A stretch of 62,957 bases of DNA, filler included, from Chiloscyllium plagiosum (taxonomy: Eukaryota), in NCBI RefSeq assembly GCF_004010195.1. It is 5 parts of one record of this genome, joined end to end, with 100 filler letters (N's around TTAATTAATTAA, not from the genome) between each part and the next. Parts side by side here need not be neighbours in the genome. Positions count along the whole stretch, not along the records: positions 1 to 25,180 come from NC_057714.1; 4 more parts are not named here. The stretch is one strand, 5' to 3'. This document shows positions 14,135 through 25,036 of this stretch, piece after piece. Each line of letters begins with the position of its first letter. Within the stretch, counting starts at the first letter, position 1. Made by a program: the position numbers and the translations under genes. Below the pieces are notes generated by a model that ran no database searches, was not told where the DNA came from, and worked only from the letters and a program-made list of their open reading frames with translations.

Positions 14135-14425
14135 ACTCTGTTGGTGACATCTGCAGGATTAGAGATTTAGCTGCATGTCAGTATATATCCAGGTTACAGA
14201 TGAAAGGTTTTCCAGGGCTGGCACCTATGTCCAATTTGCGACTGATGAAGGTAGTCAAGTGCCGAGGGATCTCAAATTTGCTGCAATGCTTTGATCCCCA
14301 AAGGTTCAGTGAGCCATTGAATGCATCCTCAGATCAGCCAGCAATATTCATTAACCAGAAAGGATTCCACTTCCTCAATGCTCCACTTTCATGTAATATG
14401 CATGCAATGACTCCTGGGTGTCCTT
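14135..14425 (+). mobile_element. Harbinger transposase relic
   Basis: DQPAIFINQKGFHFLNAPLSC matches FxNRKGFHSLNVQLVC; upstream GDICRI...QVTD-like stretch. Confidence 0.65.
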
Positions 14426-14454
14426 GTACACCATTTACTGAATGTAAGCATTTA

Positions 14455-14852
14455 CTGGTAAAGAAGGCAAAAGGTATATTGGCTTTCATAGACATAAGAT
14501 TCGAGTGCAGGAGTAGGGTTGTCTTGCTGCAATTATATAGGCATGATGAGACCACACCTGGGATATGTGTGTTTTGCTATCCTTATCTGAGGAAGGTTAT
14601 TCCTGTTACTGAAGGAGTGAATCAAACATTTAGCAGAAGGGTTGAATTGGTTAGGATTATATTCAGTGGGTTTCAGAAGAGTGAACGGAACTCATGGAAA
14701 CCTATAAAACTCTAACCATATGGTGGGGAATCCAGACCGAGGGGTCACTGCCTAAGGATATGTGGTAAACCACTTAGGGCTGAAACGAGGAGAAATATCT
14801 TCACCAGAGAGTGGTGATAGTGGTGCTGTGCCCATGGAATTTACTCCTACAG
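14455..14852 (+). mobile_element. CR1 RT fragment (ERV target site)
   Basis: VKKAKGILAFI...SRVVLLQLYR; stops exactly at the TG start of the LTR at 14853. Confidence 0.8.
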
Positions 14853-15004
14853 TGTTGGAGTGACCTCGGTCTATCAGGTGAGAAGACTTTGACAGTGTTT
14901 TTTTCAAGCAATAATTGATTACAGCAAGGAGAGGAACTCAAGATCGTCATGCAGGACAATCAAGCTCAATCTGCAGAATATCCACGCAACACTATCTTTA
15001 TACA

Positions 15005-15644
15005 AAGTTTGTGAGAAGATTTGTAGCTCGGGTGCTCGTTGCTGTGGTTCTTTTCGCCGAGCTGGAAGTTTTTGTTGCAAACGTTTCGTCCCCTGTCTAG
15101 GTGACATCCTCAGTGCTTGGGAGCCTCCTGTGAAGTGCTTCTGTGGTGTTTCCTCTGGCATTTATAGTCGCCTGTCCCTGCCGCTTCCGGTTGTCAGTTT
15201 CAGCTGTCCGCTGTAGTGGCCGGTATATTGGGTCCAGGTCGATGTGTTTGTTGCATTTAGAAGTTTGTCAATTTATATAAATAAATTACTGAAGCATATT
15301 CCCTAGTAGCCACACACGCAGACGACCAGCAACATGAATTTGACTGGGACAACACTACCATTATAGGGCAAGCGAAACAAAGAACAGCCAGGGAATTCCT
15401 AGAAGCATGGCACTCATCCACAAACTCCATCAACAAACACATAGACCTGGACCCAATATACCGGCCACTACAGCGGACAGCTGAAACTGACAACCGGACG
15501 GGGCAGGGACAGGCCACTATAAATGCCGGAGGAAACACCACAGAAGCGCTTCACAGGAGGCTCCCAAGCACTGAGGATGTCACCTCGACAGGGGACAAAA
15601 CGTTTGCAACAAAAACTTCCAGCTCGGCGAACAGAACCACAGCA
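15005..15644. mobile_element. Fold-back Penelope-like element inside the 3' LTR
   Basis: Arms of about 215 bp inverted (about 15037-15253 and 15431-15646); plus-strand GIY-YIG tail SLVATHADDQQHEFDWDNTTIIGQAKQRTAREFLEAWHS; 14-bp TSD actatctttataca at 14991-15004 and 15645-15658. Confidence 0.92.
15077..15116 (-). ncRNA. Minimal hammerhead ribozyme (PLE type)
   Basis: gca CUGAGGA u gucaccuagacaggggac GAAAC GUU ugc: core boxes, stem II, palindromic AACGUU and stem I gca/ugc. Confidence 0.75.
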
Positions 15645-16141
15645 ACTATCTTTATACACTTTTACATCAAAATCAAATGAGTCTACAAGCTAATTGTTAA
15701 CTGTGTGATTAATTACATTAAGTCTCTTGTGCAGTTAATTTCATCAAATCATCATGCATTAGACACCTACTAATCAGATTCAAGCTTATGTGGTCATTTG
15801 TTCATCCTTGTTCCTGAATATTCTGCAGTCTGCTAGTGTTCTGCCCTGCTTACTCATATCAGTTGATAACGAACTATATTTCTGTGGTTTGGGTGGTATG
15901 TCTTTCACAATGCAGTGAACTAATCACCCCAAACATCTCATTCCATGGCCCCAACACTTGAAGCAATACAAATCAGCCGGAGCAACCCACACAGCACGTC
16001 ATGTGCACCTCTGCCTAGCTAGGAACCCCAAAGGACCACACCTCTCCCTGTCCTCCCTCTTCACTTCACAGTCCGCTCTATCACTGCTTCAACTCAGTCC
16101 CACACCTGAGATGATACCCAGCAACCACCTTCATTCCCTTA

Positions 16142-17328
16142 CTACAGTCCCCCTTTCTGGCCTAGGGCCAATGCATATAGCCATGAAGCCAGTTGGAGAC
16201 TTTCTAGTTGTTGGACTTGTGGTCTGAATACAGGTCTCTTCATCACTGCCTTGTCAATCAAGAGGATTAGTTTTTCCCTGCGTGCAGGTTGTGTCAGCTT
16301 TCTCCACATGTAGCAAATGAGAAGGACAAGAATGATCAAGACAAGCACTTGCAACATGATGAGGATATTAGAGGCAATCCTGATCCAAGGGTGGACATTA
16401 AGGTTTAGACCCCAGTTCCACAACTGATCATACCATTTGATTCTGTGTAAAACTACCTTAACCTTGGCTTTGGTCTTCTTAATCTGGATTCCATCTTATG
16501 TCCACTGGTGTTCCACATCCTGGGCTTCAGTTAATAATTGTTGCCAGTTATGGCGGACAGAGATGTAAGGATGTGGGAAGATCTTGCAGCAGTCATATTA
16601 GTTCAGTTTCCAATGTGGAAAGTCCTGTGATATTTGCCTTTACCTCAATATTCTGGTGTGGGAGGTCAAAGTTTCCCCCTTCAATAATGCTTTATACCTT
16701 CAGGTTAGTCATAACCAGATATTATCCCTCAAGGGAGCAGTTCAGATGTCCTTTGGTATAATACCCTGCTGGAGAAGCAATGTATACTTGCTGATTCACA
16801 AGAGCATGATGAATTCATTGGATTTGTACCTTGATTTACAACGTCAGATTGTTTTAGTCCCTCACCCACATCATCTACAATTATACGAATCTGCCCTGAA
16901 TTTCCTGAATCCTTTCCTGTCCCAGTGTTATCTTGCATGCCTACTCGTGACCACATAAGCGAACCGTTATATTCTTTGACTACTACACTGTACTGACCCT
17001 GCGAATCATAGTCTTTGGTAAGGTTGAGGACAGAACTCAGGAGGGGGGTCTGAGCGAGGTATAAGGAGTTGTCACTCTTATTATTCGCCCAGTGTCCATT
17101 GTATTTGCAAGTCAAAAGGGAAACCCAGCAGTACATGTTTAACTGTCCTTTCTTAGATGGTTCAACCCATAACTCTCCATTCATGCAGGGGTTCTGTGGG
17201 CCAGTGTAATAAATGTTGCTATTCACCGCATGTTTTTGCCATGAGTCATCGCGGTGTGGGTCAACCCGGGCTGTATAATGGTTTTGACACAATAGGTCAC
17301 TGTTCGGCATGCTCCGACTCAGACTAAT
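16142..17328 (-). pseudogene. env: ERV env-like relic (Cys-containing ectodomain, heptad-like stretch, Trp-rich membrane-proximal region, TM helix, short tail)
   Basis: ORFs 16729..17310 and 16142..16423 lie between integrase and the PPT; TM ILIMLQVLVLIILVLLICYM is preceded by WYDQLWNWGLNLNVHPWIRI; several stops and frameshifts. Confidence 0.75.
16147..16158 (-). promoter_or_regulatory. Polypurine tract
   Basis: AGAAAGGGGG-AC immediately precedes TGTAGT of the 3' LTR. Confidence 0.85.
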
Positions 17329-17374
17329 CTGTTAAAACAGAAAGCAGGAGAGAAAGTGCAAGGCCTTGCCAGTG

Positions 17375-17979
17375 TGTTATGGACTAGGCCAGACCCCTCA
17401 AAACCTCTTTAAGCAGGTAGCCCAGACAGTAACTTTGCTATTTGTTTAGCTCGGTGTATAGTGGATATTCCCAGTGTAAATTAGCTGGGTTGACTGCCAA
17501 GTTTTAAACAAACAAAATTTATTTACAAAATGATGAAATGAAACATGAAGAATAGAAAACAGAATATCGCAATACTTATCCTATCCAAACCCGAATTAAT
17601 GATGTGGTTCTGAAACTGCGTGCAACAGTCCCAATACACACATCCCTTAGCACAAAAGATAAAATTAAGCAAAGGCTTACAGTTTGCAAGGAGAGAGAGA
17701 GATAAGTCCAGCAGCTTGTTTCACACATTCCCTGCTGTAACTGAACCAAAAAGATTTAGTTGCTAGGACTGGTCACTCCCCTTTCATTACACAAGTTATT
17801 TCTAAAACATGAAAACGTTTGGCCTGTAGTATCATCTATTTAGGGGTAAACAAAAAGGGCCCCAATAAACTATTCATCTCTGCACCAACTCAGCCGTTTC
17901 AGAGCCTAGGCTGTTTTACAATCCCATTGAAAAACGTCAGGACACATTAACTTTGAGAAAAAGGACCAGCTTTATGACA
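17375..17979. mobile_element. Solo LTR of an unrelated LTR element nested in the ERV
   Basis: TGTTAT...ATGACA termini with exact 4-bp TSD AGTG at 17371-17374 and 17980-17983. Confidence 0.85.
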
Positions 17980-17983
17980 AGTG

Positions 17984-19450
17984 GGTGCTGAGTAATCATA
18001 CATTTTCATCTTTGACTGTTGGTGCCATTTTTCTATGCTGGCTTTGCTTGTGATAATTACCCCAAAAGGTGCTTCCCATCTTGGGGTGAGGCCTCCAGGG
18101 AAATAATTGTACCATTGCCTGATCTCCCAGTTAATTTGCATAGCTTCTGTGTGTTCTCTGTCCCAATCTCTGACTTCTTGCTGCTGAGTAACTTGCAGTT
18201 TCAATCTAATAAACTGTTGGCATAGGGTTCTGATAAAGTCCCATATGGTCCCTTTGGCATTGATGAGATCCGCTCCACGCATGATCATATCAGGAGGGTC
18301 ATGACATGTCTGGTCATCAGATCAAAGGGTATTCGTCCAATAGTTCTATGTGGGATTCTGTGCACGGACATGGGTATTGCTGGTAACACTCACATCCATT
18401 TGTTTCCCTCTGTCTGGCAGATCTTAGGTGAGGCCTGTTTCAGGGTTCAATTGGTCTGTTTCACTTGTCATGAACTCTGGGGGTGATAGGGAATGTGAAA
18501 TCTCTGTGCAATCCCTGGCAGTTTGCTGGCCTCTTTCAAGGACTTCCCCGTGAAATGGGTTCCTTGGCCTGAGTCTAACTGTACGGGAATTCCCCATCTG
18601 GGAATGATTTCCGTGGCTAAGACTTTTACTACTGGAGCGGCTGTGCAATCCTTGCTCAGGAATGCCTCAACCCATTACAAGAAGCAATCAATCATGACAA
18701 GGCACTATTGCTCACCCTGATTCTGAGGTAGTGGACCTATAAAATCCATCTGAATCTTTTCCCAAGGACCCTTCGGTCTTGGCTGGTGACCCCCTCTTGG
18801 CCTTAAGTCCCTTTCTTGGTTCTACCTTGGCCCATTTCAAACATCTCTGACAATGCTTCGCTACATCCTGCCCCATCACAGGCCACCACCAATGTTTTTC
18901 CATGAGGAATAGCATCTTATGGCTTCCCAGGTAGGAGTTACCATGATCTACTTCACATGGAATGTTCTGTATACATGCAGGAGCTGCAATCCTATCACAG
19001 AGGAGAAATTTCTTTCTCCAAACACAGTCCGGCTCTTCCCTGGCCCTCTCCTTTACCCACTCGGCCTTTTCTTCTTGTGTAGCTGTGGCTGATATATGGT
19101 AAATATCATAATTAGTGTACATTTCCTCAGTAGGTTGTTTAGCCCCCCACATAAGGGTTAGTTGTTGTTTGGATAACAATTCTTTGGCTGCTGCATCTGC
19201 TACAGCACAGGTTATTTTACGGTGTGCATTAAGTTTTATTACAGCTGCCTCGCTAGAGAGTGTTGCAGCTTCTGTAAGGACCCTGATTCGCTCCTGACGT
19301 TGGATGGGAGTACCAGAGGATGTGACATACCCTCTCCTGACCCATGCCGTCATGTAACCATGAACTACGCCAAAAGCGTGTCGGCTGTCTGTATAAATGT
19401 TAACTCTTCTACAATTTCCTCTCTTAGGTGTTTCTGTAAACACTTATAGT
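17984..19450 (-). pseudogene. pol: ERV pol relic: RNase H and integrase
   Basis: VNIYTDSRHAFGVVHG...RGYVTSSGTPI (RNase H); H...WWWP...CQRC zinc finger; GPWEKIQMDFIGPLP...CLVMIDCFL*WVEAF...EIIPRWGIPVQLDSGQGTHFTG...HIPYHPQSS (IN core; second catalytic D is G and E is K). Confidence 0.93.
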
Positions 19451-19459
19451 TTTGCTACC

Positions 19460-20130
19460 AGCGCTGACATATGCCCTTCTACCCTCACTCCTGTCACTAA
19501 CTGTCCTTGGTTGTCCACTACTGCCCAAGCAGTATGTGGCTCACATTGAAAGTACTTCTTCGCACATCTACATGCATATTTATAATATCTTTTACTTCCA
19601 TTACTCTGATCCTCCCTTCTTTTTCCTGATCATTCTCTATTTTAGCCATACAGAGACATGGGAGGTTCCTTCAGAACAGTTGAGATAGGAGGTCGGGTTT
19701 TCTTGGCTTTCCTGGACTATCTCTAGGTGTCTATCCCATGGAAGCAAGGCTGCTTCCCACTTTGTCCACCTAATGTGAGTGATCCATTTTAGTTTCCCCA
19801 CCTCTAATAATTGTACTATTCCGTGCGAGCTGTAGAATATTACCCACACCATCTGACACTGGGGTGTAGGGCAGTGGTGTGGGTAGAAAGGCCCCCATCA
19901 ACTCTCCTGCGTTTCATTTTTTACCCAACATTACCTGTCTCTCCTGTTGTTTACAATGAGCCCCTTGTTGATGTAGTGCTGCTGTTATAACAGCCCATTT
20001 CTGTGGTTTCTCTTTCTGATTCTTTTGTCCTAACCACCAGGCTTTCTGCTCGGCTGTTGATCTATGCTGATTCCACCCAGCCATAGTCATTTTACAAATC
20101 AAGTTTACATTCGCTTCATGGAAGGTCTGT
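19460..20130 (-). pseudogene. gag: ERV gag 5' relic
   Basis: Position between PBS/leader and RNase H; ORF 19914..20102 GW...EQKAWWL..KN.KEK.QKWAVI resembles a matrix N-terminus; assignment is mainly positional. Confidence 0.5.
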
Positions 20131-20479
20131 AAGACAGAGCAGCCCGGGTCCCAAATAGCCTTAGCTGGAGGATAATTACTTGCATTTTTCTATCCTATAA
20201 GCAGTCTTTTCTTGCGACCGCACCCAAACTCAGCTTCCACCTGTTACCCACTCAAAATGACCATATATCACACCAAATCATTGGTGTTAATTATGCCTCA
20301 GCTATTTTGTTGTGCTAATCCATTGCCGTTATATAATTCCAAGACCCACAAAGTTAATTACTGTTCCTCTGCACCCCCAGTACCTTCATATTCCAATTTT
20401 AATTTTACCAATGGATACCATGACTTACAGAGTTGTCCAAAATACACTTGCTCAAACCTACAGAGTGGTAAAATTAAGT

Positions 20480-20497
20480 ATCCTGCCGACTACACCA
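20480..20497 (-). promoter_or_regulatory. Primer-binding site, tRNA-Ser
   Basis: TGGTGTAGTCGGCAGGAT is 17/18 complementary to the vertebrate tRNA-Ser 3' end ATCCTGCCGACTACGCCA and lies 3 nt from the LTR-terminal CA. Confidence 0.92.
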
Positions 20498-20500
20498 AGT

Positions 20501-21206
20501 TGTCGGACAGACCTCAGTCTAAGAGGCAAGAAGTCTCTGACAGCATCGGGAATTAATCAGGAACAGTGGGTTGTTTTTGTGCAAGGAGAGGAACTCAAGG
20601 TTGTCAAGCAGGACAATTGATTCACTCTGCAGAATATCCACACATAATTAACTGTGGGAAAGCTTTGTATTGTGCCTAAGATGGTACAGGGTTTATATAC
20701 TTCCTTTATACACTTTGATATCAAAATCGTATGAGTCTACAAGCTAACTATTAACTATGCAGTTAATTACATCAAATCTATTGTGCAGTTAATTACATCA
20801 AATATCTTGTGCAGTTAGTTTCATCAAATTGCCATATATTACACATCTACTGATCAGACTCAAACTTATGTGGCCATTCATTCATCCTTGTTCCTGAATA
20901 TTCTGTGGTCTGCTAGTTATCTGCCCTGCTTACTCATATCAGCTGGCAACTAATCTGTGGTTTCGGTGGTGTATCTTTAGCAATGCAGTGAGCCAATCAC
21001 CCCAAACATCTCATTCCTTGGCACTGACACCTGAATGAATGCCACTCAGCCAGAACATGCCACACAACACCCCACATGCACCTTTGCCTAGCCAGGGACC
21101 CCAAAAGCCCATTCCCCTCCCTGTCCTACCTCTTCACTCCACTGTCCTTCCTACCACTGCTTAAATGGAGGATCTCAGTCCCACACCTGAGATAACCCTC
21201 AGCAAC
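20501..21206 (-). repeat. ERV 5' LTR (outer tip deleted)
   Basis: Minus-strand end ...CCGACA next to the PBS; homology to the 3' LTR stops about 20 bp short at cagcaac. Confidence 0.88.
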
Positions 21207-22399
21207 TGTGGCACAGTGGCTCACTGGTTAGCCGAATGGCCTAATCCTGCATCTATTTTTAAATTTTTATACATAGTCACAGCATGGTTTATTTGTCTGT
21301 AAAAAATATTCTGGAAGCTCCTCTGGTGTCTTCATTCATATCTCCCATGAGTCTTCATGCCTAAACAGGGGGACAGCAGAGGCCATTTGGAGGCAGGAAA
21401 CTCTCCTGCGTTTCATTTTGTACCCAACATGACCTGTCTCTCCTGTTGTTTACAATGAGCCCCTTTAAGGGTGTGACTGATGACATCACTGAGGAGTCCT
21501 ATCACTGATGAGCAGGAAAAGTACAATGGGAGCCATGTGAACATAAGAGTGGCCATTGAGTAAGCTATTTGATTGTGAAAAATGTAATTCTGCTGTTTTC
21601 CACAGATGTGAGGGTATCTTTTGGTAGGCACCAGCAAGGATGTACAAAATTATATTCATCTGTTTTGTCATGTGCAACATAACACAGCAGAGCGAATTGG
21701 AAGTATAGTCGGAGGAAGGTGATAACTGGTCTGTAGCAGGAATGGAAGGCAAAGAGGAGAAAGAGTTGATCTGAGCAGGTCCCTGTGGCCACTCACCTGT
21801 CAGAGAAACCAACGAAGAACTCATATGGGCATAGTTGAGATGATCTGAATATGTGAAGGCATAGGGTACTCCAATATTAAATTCACTAAGCTCAATCTAT
21901 ATAAACCCTGTACCATCTTAGGCACAATACAACACTTTCCCACAGTTAATTATGCTTCCAGTTCATTGACACCCATTAACTGCTTTCTAATTTGGTTGTA
22001 TTATTTATCTCAAGGCTGATGGTCCATGGTGAGGGGAAACAATGATGACGGTAGATTAATGGAAACTTGAAATATTGTCTATGTTTCATCAAACGTACCA
22101 ATAAAACTGACAAGGTTACAGATTTGTAACTCCAATCCAATTCTCCTTGTGAATTGACCAATCCTTTCCTTAGCATGACAATGGCCAAATTGCTAATTTC
22201 CCTGCTTTGACAGATGCAACTTTCTTAGTCAATGTCCTATTGACCTAGGAGGACCTAACTATACCTCTGAAGGGATAGACAGTGTCAATGAGAAAGGTGC
22301 AGCATGTGGGGCGTGGGCTGGATGAGGGGTTGCAACTTGGCATGAATATCTCATGTCCAGATGACTTTATTATTCAGGGAAGGTGAGATGGATGATGCA

Positions 22400-22720
22400 A
22401 CTATTCTGTCAAAAAACACATTTCTAAATAAAAGCATCATGGTATGAGTTGGAACTTCATGCCAGCACTTGAATGCTTATGACTGTAGCAACCACAGCAA
22501 TAGCATCCCATGTCTCATAGTTTCACCTGGAACTCCTGATGCAAGAACTAAGGAGTTGTGGTCAGGTAAGCTGTCCTGAAGATAGGATAAATAGAACAAC
22601 CTCTCCAACCAAAGTTGCTGATGGAATCAGCAGCAATAGATTTGTTCCTTAATCTGGAAATAGCTCATCTAGAGGATCAAGAACTTAAAGAGGGTACGAT
22701 GGGTGTGTGGTAAAACACTT
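22400..22720 (-). mobile_element. Possible Harbinger transposase N-terminal relic
   Basis: Minus strand gives RMSYFQIKEQ and FLASG.FQ-like fragments across frameshifts; very degenerate. Confidence 0.3.
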
Positions 22721-22922
22721 GTAGTTGCCAAGACCCATACTCTGCCAGAATATTTTGGCGTCACTTGCAGTTCCATGGTATCTTGTCCAGGAAGTGCAAT
22801 TATGAGGCAGCCAGCCTGTTAATTTATGGTGATACCATTGGCAAAATGGTTGCTTTCTTTTAAGGACTGCCAGGAATCTTTTTGAATATGAAAGCTGAAA
22901 TCAAGACTGACGGCAACAGCAG

Positions 22923-23111
22923 TTTTTAGATCAGAGTGGTGCTGGAAAGGCACAGCAGGTCAGGCAGCATCCGAGTAGCAGGAAAATCGACATTTCGGGC
23001 AAAAGCCCTTCGGCTCCTTGGATGCTGCCTGACCTGCTGTGCTTTTCCAGCACCACTCTGATCTAAACTCTGGTTTCCAGCATCTGCAGGCCTCACTTTT
23101 GTCTAGTTGAA
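22923..23111. mobile_element. Mini fold-back PLE derivative
   Basis: Arms of about 55 bp inverted (tagatcagagtggtgctgg...gcatcc and ggatgc...ccagcaccactctgatcta); TSD ggcaacagcag at 22912-22922 and 23112-23122. Confidence 0.88.
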
Positions 23112-23834
23112 GGCAACAGCAGGTCAGTACAACAATGGCACGGACTGGATCTCAGGATTTAGCAATGGCTGCATTCAGGTTCTCTGACAGGCAGCTTCAA
23201 AAAGAGCAATGTAGATGGGATCTGTCTTCCAATAATAAGGAAACCTGGAATGGAGTTTGCCCAGCAATGCTAAGCCTCAATTTGATGACATGGCTCTGAA
23301 GTCATCAACAAGGCAGCACTAGATGGAGTTGAAGTAGGTGCCAAAGGAATACCTGGCAGAGATTCCAGAGGTTAGGCAGCTCCATGCTTGGGCAGTGGAG
23401 GAATCTGTCCAGGTTGTGAATATTGTAAAGTCCCTGGAGTGTTGGTGTATGGCTATCTTACTGGAGAGATTGGTGACCCTCTTGGAGTGTCTGATCCAGC
23501 AGGCCAGTCAGCGTTGAAGATATACCACCACCAACTCCAGGTTCAATGTTCGGTAATGGCTGGGCAAGAGGGTTGCTAGACATTTGGATACACAAGAATG
23601 TATTTAGACTCCTGAGGTGAGCAAGGAATTACAGGTGTTCAATCAAACGCAGGAGATGTGGCTGTCTGAAGCAAGTGTCTGTATCATACCTTTCAGACAA
23701 TGCAGAAACACCACCACCATCCCTAAGTATATCCTGCCCCTTTGGCAGAACAGACCCAGTACAGACACAGTGGCAAAGAGCTGTAAGCGGATACTCTGAG
23801 ACTGATGTCATCAAGTCAAACACAGGCATGGAAA

Positions 23835-25035
23835 CGTTCTGCTGATCATCTTGTCCCATCTATACCTTCCTCAGCTGATGAATCATAACTCTGCCATGTA
23901 AATACTATTTGGAAGGAACACTGATGGTGGCAAGGCCACAAAAAGTACTCTAGGTAAGGTAAGTCAATGTCCATCACCAAGTTTTGCTCAGCAGCAGATG
24001 ACCAAGCTGATCAAGTCCTAAAGGACATAGTTGTTAGATTGGGTATGTGACAGACGGTGAAGGAACCAAAAAGGACCTCATCCTTACAAATCTGCTTGTT
24101 GCAGATGCATCTGTCCATGATAGTATTATTAGAGTGACCACCACACAGCCCTTGTGGAAACAAAGCCCTATCTTCACATTGAGAATAACCTCCATCATAT
24201 TGTTACCACTGTGGAAATTGGTGTTGGTTTTGAACAATCTAGCAACTTAATTCTGGGCATCCATAAGGTGCTGTAGGCTACTAGGAGGAGAATTGCATTC
24301 AAATGCAATCTATAATCTGACCTGGCATAAAACCATTCTAACATTATCAGGGGAACAATCTAATTCAATGAAGAGTTTTTAAGTAACAAATACCATGATG
24401 AACAGATGAAAGAGTCCAGCTATGAATGCTCCACAAATATCTTCATGCTGAATGATGGAAAAGCCCAGAATATGAGGCAAAAGATAAGGCTGAAGCATTT
24501 GCAGCAAACTTCAGCCAGAAGACCCGAATGGCAGATCCATTTCGACCTCATCCAGAAGTTCCAGCAACACAGCATCTAATCTTCAGCATATTTGAATGAT
24601 TGCATGTGACATCAAGAAACTTGTGGAGGCTATGGGCCCTGACACAATCCAACAATACTATGAAAGATGTGTCCTCCAGAACTTGCTTCACTGCCAGCCA
24701 AGCTGTTTTAGTACAACTACTAAACCACTGTATATGCAGTGTGGAAAATTGCGTGAAAGTAGGTATGTCCTATTCACAAAAAGTAGGACAAATCCAACCT
24801 AAACAGTTATATCACCCTCCCCCCATCAGTTTACTCTGAATCATTAGTAAAGTGATGAAAAGGATCATTGATAATGCGATCAAGGAGCACTCGCTTAGTA
24901 ATAAACTCAGTTTGGTAAAGCCCGGGCACTCAGGTCCTGACTTTGTTACAGCCTTGCTTCAGACAAGGATAAAAATGGGAAACACCAGAGGTGTGATTAA
25001 CGTGACTGCATTGATATCAAGGCTACATTTACTTG
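23835..25035 (+). mobile_element. L2/CR1-group LINE relic (APE to RT)
   Basis: Same family as 11945-13240 (DLILTNLLVADASVHDSI); RT-like YHP.PISLL.IISKVM..IIDNAIKEH. Confidence 0.8.
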
Positions 25036-25036
25036 A

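Larger units (their letters stand above)
14853..16146 (-). repeat. ERV 3' LTR (about 640 bp excluding the nested PLE)
   Basis: Minus strand TGTAGT...CCAACA; collinear with 20501-21206 (shared catccttgttcctgaatattctg and ctcagtcccacacctgagat). Confidence 0.9.
14853..21206 (-). mobile_element. Decayed endogenous retrovirus (provirus), internally deleted
   Basis: Two homologous direct-repeat LTRs, PBS, PPT, gag relic, RNase H, integrase and env-like remnants in retroviral order. Confidence 0.92.

Noticed and set aside
15951..15956. CCAACA as the LTR end (perfect inverted match to TGTTGG at 14853)
   Set aside because: LTR-LTR homology continues about 180 bp further and the PPT abuts 16146.
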